Shown here: piece after piece, positions 13,033-26,703 of the stretch
Numbering within the stretch: position 1 is the stretch's first letter
Layout: every line of letters begins with the position of its first letter
Notes under the pieces: model-generated
Told to the model about the DNA's origin: nothing
Database searches by the model: none
Seen by the model: only the letters and a program-made list of their open reading frames with translations
Source of the DNA: Octopus vulgaris
Lineage: Eukaryota
Assembly (NCBI GenBank): GCA_951406725.2
Contig: OX597816.1
Location: 37,448,001 to 37,512,000, forward strand
Length of the DNA: 64,000 nucleotides
Reading direction: 5' to 3'
Program-made: the position numbers and the translations under genes

Positions 13033-13355
13033 GTGGAGGCGCAATGGCCCAGTGGTTAGGGCAGCGAACTCGCGGTCGGAGGATCGCGGTTTCGATTCCC
13101 AGACTGGACGTTGTGTATGTTTATTGAGCGAAAAGACCCAAAAGCTTCACGAGTCCTCCGGCAGGGAGTGGTGGTGACCCCTGTTGTACTCTTTCGCCAC
13201 AACTTTCTCTCACTCTTTCTTCCTGTTTCTTGAGTAACGCTGCGATGGACTGGCGTCCTGTCCAGCTGAGGGGAACATATACGCCACAGAAACCGGGAAA
13301 CCGGGCCCATGAGCCTGGCTAGGCTTGAAAAGGGCGACGTTTATCGTTTTTTTTT
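13033..13355 (+). mobile_element. SINE family A, full length, with 11-bp TSD
   Basis: tRNA-like head. TSD AATGTAGTTGA at 13022-13032 and 13356-13366. Confidence 0.9.
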
Positions 13356-13909
13356 AATGTAGTTGAATATATCGGAGCAAATATTGGGTATTTGTTATAA
13401 TGTCGCATAATATGTAAGTAATTATTAATTATTAACTAAATAAATAAATTGGAGATCATTTCATTATATGTAGGAATAGCGTATTACGTTATATAAAGAA
13501 AAAACGTAGTACTTGTATTTATGACAGATCTTTTTGCTAAGGTAGATTAGATTAGAACTATTTAATAGTTAAACCAAGTGTTGATATTTAAAGATAATTT
13601 AACAAATATGAGTTATAATTTAATTTACTCTGTAAAAATAAGAAAGAAATAATGCATATGCTAGAAATTTATCGGTAAGGAGATCTTATTTATAGATATT
13701 ACAAAAGAAATAAAACTGAATGTTTGTTAGAATATAACCATTTATATATATTATGCATATGTTAGAAATAAGTAAATTTAGGTAAGATATATATTTTATA
13801 TTGTATAGAATTATTGATATAAATGCTGATTCTAATAAGGATCTAATTAATTCAGTTTCAAATTTAGTAAAAGTATTTATGGTTAATAAGGAACTTAATA
13901 ATAGTGATA

Positions 13910-14445
13910 TTAATAATTAAAGAATGATAAATGGTATTTATAAAATAGATATTTAGGAGTGTATAGACAAGTCGAGAATTTTTCAACCATCTCATTTAAT
14001 AATTGTTTACTAGAAAAAAGGAAGTTATAGCACTCTGAAGAGCAGAGTTGACAATTTCTATCAGGTGGATGGTAAGATTTTGTAGAACATATAATCTTCC
14101 ATCTAATTTTAAAACTGATATTACTGTCTTTTAATTTCCAGATAAATTTACTAAGACTAGTCGAAGAACGTTTATTGGGGTTTCTAAAACAACATTCATG
14201 GTTAGCCAATCTAAGTTCCATATATGATTCCGTAGAACCAATTCAGAAAAAGAGTTTATCTTCTGCTTTTACTATAGCTTGGTATACTAAATTCTTCCGT
14301 TTGCAATAATTATTAAATTTACATTGCCCTTTAACCCTACAATCACAGAACTTACTAAGATTATCACTAGAATTAGTAGGTGGGTTATGGGCAGTAAGCT
14401 CTCTTTTATTGGTTATTATTGAATATTTGGAGTTGGCTTTATCTT
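13910..14445 (-). pseudogene. Naiad-like PLE GIY-YIG remnant
   Basis: FCDCRVKGQCKFNNYCKRKNLVYQA...F*IGSTES..RLANHE..RNPNKRSSTSLSKFIWKLKD...CQLCSSE. Closely similar to 39351-39941. Confidence 0.8.
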
Positions 14446-15481
14446 GCGTTACTTAGCCCGCCGGTAACGCTTTCACGTGATTAGTTGACAGGAAAGAGAG
14501 GAGAGAAAAAAGAGAGAAAAAGCGGATAAGGGGAAGAGTGAGACAGAAAATGAGAGAAAGAAAGAAGAGGAGATAAAAGAGGGAGAGAAGTGTCCATGAC
14601 CTTGGTGGGGGGATAATAATAAATTAGCAGAGAGTTGATGTTCTGATGGTGAAGTTAAAGAAAGGTGGAGAGAAGGCGTAAAAAGAGAGAGAAGAGGGAG
14701 AGAAAGAGGAGAGAGAAATAGGGGAGAGAGAGAAAAGAAATAGAGGGGAGAGATATATGATAGTGGTGGTGGTGGTGGTGATTGCATAGTGAATAGTGTA
14801 TTTTTTCTTTAATTGAACTAAGTTTTTTTATATCACCTATCACTTAACACATGCGCATAAGTACAATTCCGTGAAATATTCACGCTTATATACATGGCAG
14901 ATATATGCAATTTAACTAAAGGTTGTATCGTATGTACGGGATATTTTTTAATGGGAAAAATAGAAAACTAATAGAGAATATTCATTTTATGAATACCGTG
15001 TATTAAGTCTATAAAATTGTGCATAAAGTATATAAAGTGCATTAAGTAATCATCGTATTCCAATTTCTTTCGCTTTTCAATGAGTAGCTGATGAGCAACT
15101 ATCCTTCCATACAGACATAACTCAAGCGGCGCTTTCAGGCTTTTTGGATAAAGTTTTCAAAAATAACGCAATAGGTTTACCATTAATTCCGTTAAATATT
15201 CACGTGTCCCGCTAGTTATCATAAATATATTTATCCAGCTGTATTTAGAGTTAAGCACTTGACTCAATTAAGGTAAAATCCGAAACGAGATTTTAAAAAT
15301 TAAATTATATTTCCTTCAGAAAAAAGCAGTTATTTTGTTTTCTTAATTTTGTTTTGGTAAATTTGAATTTCGAAATCATTAATGTTAGTGAAATGTTCAT
15401 TTTTTTTTTTTTCTTTCAAATAATAAAATATTCATTAGGTATCCTCATTTATTTTAGAATAGATTGTTTTATCTTCCAAAC

Positions 15482-16461
15482 TATGAAGGAGTATGCTAGG
15501 ACTGTGAAATCTTGCATGCATTAATTTCAAATCTTCTCATAAATAACTGCATAGTTTCTTTCTAGGTAATCTCACATCTGATAGTTCAAAGAAAACTTCA
15601 AATGTAACTAGTAGTGACTTCTCTTGAAAATCGATTAAATCGTCATGTTATCAAGTACTTGCAGAAAAAAAGGTTTAGCTCCCAAGGACATTCATGCTAG
15701 TAAGCTTGCTAAGGTGATAACGCTCCAGCTTAATCAACGGTGCAAACGTAGGCAATTGGATTTAGGGGAAGAAGGGAAAGTCTTGAAGATAACCCAAGGT
15801 CTGGACGTATTGCAGCTGCCATCACCGAGGACAACATTGTGTTCACCACTTGGCTATAAATTGGCTATAAATCAATAGTTAATGCTATTAGCATATCCTG
15901 TGAGAGTGCTGAGAATATTCTGCACAAGGAACTTGGTATGACGAAAATTTCTGCACGACAGGTGCTACGTCTTCTGACACCTGATTAAAAGCGCAACAGA
16001 CCGGTTATGTTACTGAAAAATCTGACATTATTTGAGGCGGATTCAAACAATCTCTGTGAAGACCAAACTTCAAGGAAAACTAACGAAAGGAGTTTTGTTT
16101 CATCAGGACAATGCTCCAGCATACAAGTCCTTGCTTTCAACGGCAGCTGTGCGTGTCTGTGGCTGTGAACTGGGTGATCACACTCCCTATTTTTTTTATT
16201 TGACCCTATTTGACTATCATCTGTTCCCCAACAGGAAAAATCACTTGCCTAGAAACCAGTATCGCAGTGGTGATGAAATCATATATGCAATTGATGGTAG
16301 TTTGGACTAACAGGATGAAAGGTTCTTCATCGAAGGGATCCAAGCACAGCAACACCGATGGAAGAAATGCATGGACCGCAAGGGGGACTATGTTGAAAAA
16401 TAAGGTCATATCCCACGAGAATATCTTGGCTAGCCTATGAACTTTTCAGCCGACCTTCGTA
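15482..16461 (+). mobile_element. Decayed mariner transposon
   Basis: VLFHQDNAPAYKS and HTPYFFYLTLFDYHLFP (degenerate YSPDLAPSDYHLFP). Right TIR-like AGCCTATGAACTTTTCAGCCGACCTTCG followed by TA. Confidence 0.8.
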
Positions 16462-16594
16462 TTATATAAGTAATATGGGAATTCGTATGGATGTCAAATT
16501 GAGGATATAAAGACTGTTATGGAAAATCAGGACATCTGGCATGGCAGAGTTGCATTGGTTAGGGCAAGTTGCCCAACTGGACAGACAGACAGAC

Positions 16595-16715
<121 letters not shown>

Positions 16716-17344
16716 CTTAGAATATGAGCCGGCTAAGCTAAGAGCTAAGAACAAACGAATTAAGAATATCAAGCTAAGCGGGAAGTATTTATTACTTACA
16801 AAGATCTCAAGGTAAATTGATAAAAGGTAAACAGATAAAAGTGATAAGCAAGAATATGTTAACACAAATCAACATCAGAAACAATATTTGATTTTAATAC
16901 TAATAAAGTTATCAACTGCTTTAGAAATATTTAAAATAAATCTAGAACCACATTTACTCAGAATAATATTGTAGATTTCTGTGCCTCTTTAATAACTAGA
17001 TATCTGTTACAAGAAACTATTGAATTCGCCAATTGATACGCCAATGTAGACGACGTAAATTATTATGCACGTACGAGAAACAATTACTTTACGTAAGGAA
17101 TCCTCCCGGACAAAAAAAATAGCTAATCGTAGTCTCTAGGTATATTTAATGTCACCATAGATTCATATGTCAGTATGGATATATGCTATCTTATCAGCCT
17201 GTAGTTACTGAAAGTATATATGAGTAAATGTGCTTACTATATCATCAGCTTATATCCAGACAACGCGTTAGAAATGTCATAATAATGACAGTGATAATAA
17301 TAGTACATTTCCTCACAGAAATATTGCAGTAGAAATAATAATAT

Positions 17345-17512
17345 CCTTTCTGCTATAGGCACAAGGCCTGAAATTTGTCGGGAGCGGGGTTAGTCAATTA
17401 CATCGATCTTAGTCTCAACTGGTACTTATTTTATCGATCCCGAAAGGCAAAATCTCAATTGGTACTTGTTTTATCGATCTCGAAAAGCAAAATCGACCTC
17501 TGTCGTATTTGA
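17345..17512 (-). mobile_element. SINE family D 3' portion with a short internal duplication
   Basis: TCTCAA(C/T)TGGTACTT(A/G)TTTTATCGAT occurs twice. Same central domain as 36180-36407. Confidence 0.6.
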
Positions 17513-17514
17513 AC

Positions 17515-18450
17515 TCGTACGCATACGCCAGCCCCGTTCTCCCGCGTCCTAGTTTGCGTGGAAAGCCTCTCAATACCTCAAATATTTTAAGTAGAGACTC
17601 TAGAACCAGTACATACAGAAGAGACTGGAGGAGACACCCTTAACGAACCGAACGCATAATGCTGAATTGTTCCGATAGGCAACCATTCACCCGAACTACA
17701 GAGCAGATATCGCTCTGTATTGCAGCGATCCAGCCAAGGAAAACGGCTTCAAAACTGACCGCCGTAAGGCCGGTCGACCCTATTGAAGGCTTTTGAATGC
17801 CAGCTTTTTTTACTCACTCTGTTTATGATGTATCGCATGAGATGGAGATTGTCGTGGATAGATCCGCTTGGAATGCCGCGTGTTTGCGCATCACCAATGG
17901 TGCATATTTACGCATCGACGACAATTCTCCTGTTCTGCTACCATTTGCAGTAGATATCTGCTAAGAGGCCACCAAACAAGTCGGGCATATAAGAATAAAT
18001 CTCGTAGGGTAGACCATCCAAACCAAGTGATGTGCCTCCCTTGCAGCCCATCCCATAGTTCCGCGGCTATTTTCATAATGTTCTGCCTCCCTTGCCTAGA
18101 GCCGTGGCATGTCGTCGAGGTAGGCATTGAAATCCATATTGTGGTCTAGACTGCCATTTGTCTCAAAGAGTTGAGCAGAAATGTTGCACACATCTGCTTG
18201 GGCTCGAGTACCAAACTCCCATTTTGGTCCACCAAAGACTGAATGATACTTTTGTTGCCACGTTGCACCTCTGTCACTCGGGCCCGTCGTTTTCTCGTTT
18301 CTCTGAGCACGCACCTTAGCTCTGGTAATGCAACCTTCGTGCTTAGAGTTGAATAATTAGTCTAGAGCCAATTTTGTCGCCAGCACGTCTGTTGCGATGT
18401 CTTTCCTAAGTACTACCTCAAAGTTAATTGAGTTTCTTTCTATTTTATTT
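17515..18450 (-). pseudogene. L1/Tx1-clade LINE ORF2 remnant, internally deleted
   Basis: Minus: SLGLDGLPYEIYSYMPDLFGGLLADIY, SKAFNRVD, VRVNGCLSEQFSIMRSVR*GCLLQSLLYVLVLESLL and LAYAYE (degenerate YADD). Confidence 0.8.
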
Positions 18451-18636
18451 CTTTCTATTGCTAATGCCTTACTAAACATAACAGACTCTACCCTAATTGT
18501 CGTTCTCAGGATAAACCCCAATTTGTCATACATATATGTTGAGATTCATGGTGAATTATATTTGAACCTACGTCTGAAGAGACACAGTTGTCAGAGGTTC
18601 TAAGTATTTATACATACACACACACATAGATATATA

Positions 18637-19284
18637 TTCTCTTATTCTTTTATTTGTTTCAGTCATTTGACTGCAGCCATGCTGGAGCACTGCCTTGAAA
18701 AGTTATAGTCGAACAAATCAACCCCAGTACTTATTTTTTAACCCTAGTACTTATTCTATCGGTCTCTTCTGCCGAAGCGCTAGTTACGGGGATGTAAACA
18801 CACCAGCATAGGTTGTCAGGCGCTGATGAGGGGACAAAGAAACACACACACACACACACACACATATACATATATATATATTTTTTTTTTTTTTTTTTTT
18901 TTGTACTTGTTTCAGTCATTTGACTGCGGCCATGCTGGAGCACCGCCTTTAGAGTGGTGAAAGAGTACAGCAGGGATCACCACCATCCCCTGCCGGAGCC
19001 TCGTGGAGCTTTTAGGTGTTTTCGCTCAATAAACACACACAACGCCCGGTCTGGGAATCGAAACCGCGATCCTCCGACCGCAAGTCCGCTGCCCTAACCA
19101 CTGGGCCATATATTTATATATACTACGGGGTTCTTTCAGTTTCCGTCTTCTAAATCCACTCACAAAGCTTTGGTCCGGCCGAGGCTATAGTAAAAGATAC
19201 TTACCCAAGATGCCATGCAGTGGGGCTGAACCCGGAAACTTGTGGTTGGGCAGTAAGCTTCTCACCACGCAGCCACGCCTGCAC
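18637..19284 (-). mobile_element. Cluster of SINE pieces: two family C tails (18637-18948), family A head (18951-19109), family C head (19125-19284)
   Basis: Direct similarity to the full-length copies in this window. Confidence 0.8.
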
Positions 19285-19631
19285 TTGCGCGCGCGCATGT
19301 GTGTGTGTATATAATAGGATAAAATCATAAACAAACAACTGGTGTCAGGTTAGAGTACGACATTTATAGTTTTAAACACGATTGTTGAGTATAAGAAGGG
19401 AGTAATAAGGTGTACAGAAAATCGCACAGCTGTTTCAAGAACAGATTTGCAGATGGTGCATCTTGTGCAAAACAAACGGTAGACTCATAATATACTCAGT
19501 CAGGTGCGGTTAATTGTATATACCACTTGAATAATAATCTGTCTGTACTTCGATATGTAGGTATTCGTTCCTATGATTTCGTCATACAATTTCTCCGCAT
19601 TTCCCCAACAAGTTCAACAGACAAGTTCATA

Positions 19632-19990
19632 GGCGCAGGAGTGGCTGTGTGGTAAGTAGCTTGCTAACCAACCACATTGTTCCGGGTTCAGTCCCACTGC
19701 GTGGCATCTTGGGCAAGTGTCTTCTGCTATAGCCCCGGGCCGACCAAAGCCTTGTGAGTGGATTTGGTAGACGGAAACTGAAAGAAGCCTGTCGTATATA
19801 TGTATATATATGTGTGTATGTGTGTGTGTATGTCTGTGTTTGTCCCCCTAGCATTGCTTGACAACCGTGTGTTTACGTCCCCGTCACTTAGCGGTTCGGC
19901 AAAAGAGACCGATAAAATAAGTATCGACTAAAGGCGGTGCTCCAGCATGGCCGCAGTCAAATGACTGAAACAAGTAAAAGAATAAAAAGA
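19632..19990 (+). mobile_element. SINE family C (tRNA-like head, internal TA/TG microsatellite, CR1-like tail)
   Basis: GGCGCAGGAGTGGCTGTGTGGTAAG...GGGTTCAGTCCC...CTTGGGCAAGTGTCTTC...CAGCATGGCCGCAGTCAAATGACTGAAACAAGTAAAAG. Confidence 0.9.
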
Positions 19991-20009
19991 AAGAAAAGAA
20001 AAAAAAAGA

Positions 20010-20897
20010 CCATTGATTACAATCCCAGAAAGTCCATGAGGTCAATTGCAAAAGATCTCCATCTGTAAGAAGGAACAGTCAGAAATGTTGTCCACGAAGA
20101 CATAAGATATAAGTCTTATATGATAAGGAATGGTCAATTTATCAGGAAAAGCAAAAGAAAATCACTATATCAGATCTAAAAGATTCTTAAATAAACTGAA
20201 AATCCAGCAAAAGAAGATTTGATTTGGTTTTTCTCAAACGAGAAAAACTTCGACCAAGATCAAAAAGTAACAGAAGAAATGACAGATGGTTGTGTGCAGA
20301 CCCTTATGAATTTCTAAGTGTTATGCATACAAAATTTCCTGCAAATGTCATTGTATTAGGGGTTGTCAGCAATGAAGGACATATAAAGCCTCCTTCTTTC
20401 CAAAAAGCCTTAGAGTTAATTCTGCCACCGACATTGTGGTCCTGGAAATAATTAAGCCCTGGATAGACAGTGTATGCAATGGAAGGCCATAAGTGTTTCA
20501 GTAAGACTCTGCACTATCACACATGGCTCTAGTAACACATGAATGGTTGGCTGAAAATTTTCACGATCACATAACCCCTAACAGTTGGCCTCCTAATTTC
20601 CTCAGATCTCAATCCATTGGACTATTACATGTGGGACGTTGTTGAAGAGAGATGTTAATGAACACGCCCATAACACCAAAGATTCTTCGAAAGCTGCCAT
20701 ACTCAGAGTAATGTCCAAAATGAACCAGGACCACTTGATTCCAGCATGTAGATGATTTAGAACTCACATAGAAGCAGTTGCTGAAGCTGAAGGTGGCTTT
20801 ATTGAATAACATCATAGAAAAGAAGGTTTATTTTTATCCTCATAGCATTTTTTGAGAAATAAAGTTATTATCTGTTATTATATATCTGTTCTTTTAA

Positions 20898-20934
<37 letters not shown>

Positions 20935-20968
20935 ATAAATCTGTCCTCAAATATCTTACGCACCCTAT
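20010..20968 (+). mobile_element. Tc1/mariner (DD37D/maT-like) transposon, 3' part with right TIR
   Basis: NRRNDRWLC...HTKFPANVIVLGVVSNEG, a DSA.SH motif and WPPN..DLNPLDYY. Ends TCCTCAAATATCTTACGCACCC followed by TA. Confidence 0.75.
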
Positions 20969-20979
20969 ATATATATATA

Positions 20980-21302
20980 AAGACTCCGCCGGTTACGACG
21001 ACGAGGGTCCCAGCTGATACGATCAACGGAACAGCTTGCTCGTGAAATTAACGTGCGAATGGCTGAGCATTCCACAGACACGTGTACCCTTAACGTAGTT
21101 CTCGGGGATAATCAACGTGACACAGAGAGTGACAAGGCTGACCCTTTGAAATACAAGTACAACTCATTTTTGCCAGCTGAGTGGACTGGAGCAACGTGAA
21201 ATAAAGTGTCTTGCTCAAGGACACAACGCGTCGCCGGGAATCGAACTCACAACCTTACGATCATGAGCCGAATGCCCTAACCACTAAGCCACGCGCCCTC
21301 AC
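20980..21302 (-). mobile_element. SINE family B
   Basis: Near-identical reverse complement of 27850-28176, flanked by (TA)n. Confidence 0.9.
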
Positions 21303-21319
21303 ATATATATATATATATA

Positions 21320-21856
21320 TTCTCGTTTGAGAAAAACCAAATCAAATCTTCTGCTGGATTTTTCAGTTTGTTTAAGAGCCTCTTAGATTTGACGTTGTGA
21401 TTTTCTTTTGCTTTTTCTGACAAAATGACCTTTCCTCATCATATAAGACTTATATCTGATGTCTTCGTGGACAACATTTCTAACTGTTCCTTCTGACACA
21501 TGGAGATCTTTTGCAATTGACCTCATGGACTTTCTGGGACTGTAATCAATGGTTTGTTGAACATGTTGGATAAATTCAGGTGTTCTGATGTTTTCAGAGT
21601 GTTTAGAATGCTTTTTATGCTTTGATACACGTGATACAAACTTTGTAGACGAAAGATCTGGCAACTTTTAAAAACGGAGATATTTCTAAATCGCTATGTT
21701 CAGCCTTTATAACCACAATAACAGCACGCCTCTTCATTTCTTGAGTAAGCTGAAGGTCTGCTATTATTATCTTCTGAAACAAAGATATTACGGAGTCGGG
21801 AAAAAATGCAGCAATGACCCAAAAAGTTATGTCCTCAAATACCTCACGCATCTTCT
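21320..21856 (-). mobile_element. Same DD37D-like transposon family, 5' part with left TIR
   Basis: MKRRAVIVVIKAEHSDLEISPFLKVARSFVYK...RTPEFIQHVQQTIDYSPRKSMRSIAKDLHVSEGTVRNVVHEDIRYKSY. TIR-like TCCTCAAATACCTCACGCA at ~21832-21850. Confidence 0.75.
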
Positions 21857-21902
21857 GTGTGTGTGTTTGTGTGTGTGTGTGTGCGTGTGTGTGTGTGTGT
21901 GT

Positions 21903-22013
<111 letters not shown>

Positions 22014-22769
22014 TGTGTTCATCTGTGTAATTGTCGTTATTTTGGAACAGTAAGTATCAAGTGAATAATTTAAATTCTAATCTACTGTTTTCCTAAACTA
22101 AAACATTTATTAGCAAAAAAATAGTTCATGAAAGAAAATCAAGTGCAGTGGAAATTAAATAACACATGACAGACGGATTGTTCGTGCATATAAACCTTTT
22201 TCTATGTATTTTTATGTATTTTTATGAGTGGTTAAAGATAAGATTTGAAGAGATTAAACAACTCTTAAATCTAATGAGTTTGTATATTACGCCTAAAAAA
22301 TATTTAATCAACACTCTTGTGTTTTATTGATTTAGATTCATTCGCTTTTCTTCTGAATTCATTTCTAGTAAAAGTACAGGAAATTGTTTTAGAGTGTTTT
22401 TCTTCAATTTTACATAAATATTTCGAATATGATTTTAGATTCCAAAGAATCCTACATTTCTAATCAGATGTTCTGTGTAATCTTTGTTTTTTTAAGTTAA
22501 TTAAATGTCTGCGGTTTTGTCAATACTGACACTGTTCCATGCAATGGAATCGTGTCAATGACTTGTTTGTAGAAGTGAGAGTAAACGTGTTGGCAGTTCA
22601 TAAGGGACGGTACTATTAAGAAATATAAAAAAACCTGAATGTAATAGATTTTATTCTTTAAATGGCTAAAGTGGCTCTTCGACGATGTATGTGTAATAAT
22701 TAAATTGTTTATATGAAATAAAATACACCATAATTCATCGAAATTAAGATTAGTATATATTTGTAGTAT

Positions 22770-23585
22770 AAAGGATAAAAATTCTCTGGGAACGACTTCG
22801 AAGAGAATTTCTCAATCATTGACTTGAACTAGCTATGCAATTCAAAGACTATCACTACCCCCAACCACTTGTCAGAAGCTACAATACGCAAAAATTCCTA
22901 CTAGACATCTGTTCATACTGACCCTCTCAATCCAAAATGGCTACTCAAACCTGACTCTTCTGACGTCACTTCCTCTCTCATCTCTGATCATGTTCCTTGG
23001 TTGTTACTTTCAAGTTGTCTAACATCTTCAGCGCATGTTGTCTCGCCTCATGATATTTTCATTTCATTTCGAAACCATCTATGCATCTGGGTAGACGTCG
23101 CTCCCTTTGTGACGTTGGCCTCACTCTCTCTGCCCTCTCTCCGTCTCTATCTCTCTCTTCTTCTTCTTCTTCTACTAAACGATGCAGTACTAAGCCCGGG
23201 TGTCTTCATTCATATCTGAGAACGTCACTGTCTATCAGTAACCATTTTCGTCACCATGTTCAAAGTTGACAAAAGAAAAAACGCTTCGAAATAGTTTTGT
23301 ACCTTAAATGATAAAAATTCTCTAATCTTCATATCTGAAAGACTTCGAGGGGGACATCCCCCACATCAATTTGAACTTGTTATGCAATTCAGAGACCCTT
23401 ACCACCCCAAGCACTGTTCAGAAGCTAAAATACGCAGACTCTAACCGCGTGTCAGTTCCGATCAGCCCCCTTGCTCCAAAAGATGCCTCTCAAACCTGTC
23501 TCTTCCTCACTTGATGTCACTTCCTCTTTCATTTCTGGTCATGTCCCTCGACTGCTTCCTGTAGCTCGTCTAACATCTTTAGGGC
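22770..23585 (+). repeat. Old ~530-bp-period direct duplication (22770-23030 / 23305-23585), possibly a decayed PLE RT C-terminus
   Basis: Shared GATAAAAATTCTCT...GACTTCGA...TATGCAATTCA.AGAC...CAGAAGCTA.AATACGCA...CTCAAACCTG...GTCACTTCCTCT. Confidence 0.6.
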
Positions 23586-23657
23586 ATCACCTACCAAACC
23601 ACAATCTTTAAAGAAATTTGGAGAGAGGAAAATTTTCAAGTTAAAATTCTTTACATA

Positions 23658-24100
23658 TCTATTATATAAAATCCATTCTGTCTGTCTGTATGTGTGTCTT
23701 CTTGGATCTCGGGCATCCACCATCTGTTTGCGCTCAAATAAGATATGTAGATACCGACGGTATCAGGGCGTGTATATAACTTTTGAAAAAATTACAAAAA
23801 TCGATCCCAGGTGAGAATGCGATCGATAAAGCCGTGGGAACGTGCATTTGTACGCGCAAGTACATCAGCTGTTGTGATGTACTTACTGGTACTTTAAACT
23901 CTTCGGTTGCATATTTGTGTGAATAAAATCGTTTTTCTTTGGAATAGAAAAAAAAAATCGATCTTTATTTCTTGTTTTGCTGGTGTCTCAAATTTTGGTT
24001 AAATCAATGTTTCTCAAAGGGAAGGCCTATGGGACGTTCGGACAAGTTGTTTTGAGAAAATTTGATTTCAATGTTTGACAACTCAGCACCGTCCATTTTG
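23658..24100 (+). mobile_element. Helitron-like 5' fragment
   Basis: A|TCTATTATATAAAATCCATTCTGTCTGTCTGT start resembles the Helitron at 8912. No 3' hairpin-CTAG seen and the end is approximate. Confidence 0.45.
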
Positions 24101-24412
24101 CTCGACCTTAATACTGAAGATATTCAAATGAAAGTAATTAATAGTCAGATACCATATTACTATTATTATTTATTATCATATTTTCTCTTCCTTCTTTTTA
24201 TTCTACTACTGCTATTGCCACTGCTACTACCAATTACATCTATTGCTTCTGCTGTTGCTGTTAATGCTTCTATTCTCTCAATACAAATCCTATGAGTATC
24301 ATTCGTAATTCTAAACAAAATGTATTTTGTCTTAATATACCAGAAAATATTTTCTTTTTCTTGTAATATTATGTGCAAGTGAACAATTAAACAATGTGTG
24401 TGTGTGTGTGTG

Positions 24413-24706
24413 TATTGATAAAAATGGTAACAAAAGAATGAAAGAGATCTCGATATTATGTAAATAGAGGAATTTATCTGTAAATGTAATATGTGACAAT
24501 TATTCGGTAACCATGATAAAACTCCGAGTTTCGGATGCCGAGGTGGAAATCCACGCCGCCATCTCTTCAGTTATCCGGCCATCGGACAAAATGCTATGAA
24601 AATGACCGGATAACTGAAGAGATGGCGGCGTGGATTTCCACCTTGGTATCCGAAACTCGGAGTTTTATCATGGCTACCGAATAATTGTCACATATTACAT
24701 TTACAG

Positions 24707-24708
<2 letters not shown>
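24413..24708. mobile_element. Palindromic HHR element, copy 1 (arms 24476-24582 / 24602-24708); HHRs at 24515-24575 (-) and 24609-24669 (+)
   Basis: GATAA-CTGAAGA-GATGGCGGCGTGGATTTCCACCTTGGTATCC-GAAA-CTCGGAG-TT^-TTATC. (TG)n on both sides. Confidence 0.85.
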
Positions 24709-24761
<53 letters not shown>

Positions 24762-24762
<1 letters not shown>

Positions 24763-24976
24763 GTGTCTGAGGAGAATCGTTCTCTTGTAGAGCCTTATTA
24801 ATTTAACACACTCACCGGTCTGATTTCCACTCATTTACTTATTTATTTTTACTAAAATTTTCGTTGCATCTTTCAACCTTTTCAATAGTCGTTGACTCTG
24901 TCCATTATCAGAAGTGCATTCCATTTTTTTGTTTGTTTGTGCGCATGCGTGTGCGTTAGTGTGCGTGCGCATACAC

Positions 24977-25007
<31 letters not shown>

Positions 25008-25758
25008 TGTATGTATGTATGTATGTATGTATGTATGTATGTATGTGTGTGTATGCATTTGTATACATTTGCCTGTAGGCACGTTTGTATGTATGTATGT
25101 ACTCTGCGCTGTATGTTCATTTAAGTCTCACCTAAATGAATATTTGAGACAATATGACGACAAAACACAATCATCCATACTCTACCGATATGCCCAAGAC
25201 CAATATGAAGTCATACTTGGTCAACTTGACATCCGCATTCTATCCGAGCACCCGAAGACCCCATCACTCAGACAAGTACCAGAGTACGTTCTCATTAATG
25301 AAACATCCCCGGTACTAAACAGGAAATATACGTACGTGTCGTACCCCAGTACCCACAGTTTATATAGTCACACAACCCCATACACAGACACACACTAACA
25401 TGCACACACAATGAGGTACACACACACATACACACACACACACGTACAGACACACACACGCGCACAAACACATAAACATGAACACAAACATATGGATATG
25501 CAGAATACATATATACAAACGTGCACACATGTATACATATATATGTGCATACACACACATACATGCATATACACATACATGCATATACACATACATGCAG
25601 AGTACATACACACAAACGTGCACACATGCATACATATATATATGCATACACGCACACATACATGCACACATATATACATGCATACATATATACATACATT
25701 CATACATACATACATACATTCATACATACATACATACATACATACATACATACATACA

Positions 25759-25789
<31 letters not shown>

Positions 25790-25990
25790 GGGTATGCGCA
25801 CGCACACTAACACACACGCATGTGCACAAACAAAAAAGAACGCAGTTCCGTTAACGGACAGAGTCAACAACTATTGAAAAGGCTACAAGACGCAACGAAA
25901 ATTTTAGTAAAAATAAATAAAATAGTGGAAATCAAACCGGTGGGTGTGTTAAATTAATAAGGCACTAAAAGAGAATGACTCACCAGACAC
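24762..25990 (+). mobile_element. PLE remnant: GIY-YIG C-terminal fragment (~25110-25330) between ~340-bp diverged inverted repeats
   Basis: HLNEYLRQYDDKTQSSILYRYAQDQY...LDIRILSEHPKTPSLRQVPEYVLINETSPVLNRK. 24762-25100 is approximately the reverse complement of 25610-25990. Confidence 0.75.
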
Positions 25991-26077
25991 TCTAAAATAT
26001 GCCTCTACACAGGAATTCACATAAAGTATCTTGTAAACCAAATAGAAAAACGAAATATATATACATATATATATATA

Positions 26078-26283
26078 TAGTTAATCCAAACAAGAAAGCA
26101 CAAAAAAAACACAACAACGCGAGGACGTGGAACAAATATAGTATTATTGGACGCTCAGGAAAGAAGGAAAGAAGGAGGGTTTAACGTTTTGAGCAGAGCT
26201 CTTCGTCGGAATCATAGGAGAAGGAAAGATCCAGAGAAGGAAAGACAGAGGAAAAAAATCGCCAACGGTACACACGCGGTCAC

Positions 26284-26284
<1 letters not shown>
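26078..26284 (-). mobile_element. PLE pLTR-like module with degenerate HHR (26179-26213); same family as 43905-44135 (+)
   Basis: Minus: GATT-CCGACGA-AGAGCTCTGCTC-AAAA-CG-TT-AAAC. Confidence 0.6.

Positions 26285-26703
<419 letters not shown>

Noticed and set aside
13033-13110. tRNA genes at SINE heads (also 27850, 37583)
   Set aside because: They continue into SINE bodies with TSDs and lack a complete cloverleaf.
14243-14245. In-frame TGA in a Naiad-like GIY-YIG as selenocysteine
   Set aside because: It replaces the Tyr of YIG in a decayed copy, not a Cys.
24476-24708. CRISPR array, miRNA precursor or MITE interpretation of the palindromes
   Set aside because: No repeat-spacer periodicity. 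Arms are asymmetric in extent, lack TSDs and contain HHR cores, which fits PLE-type inversion better.
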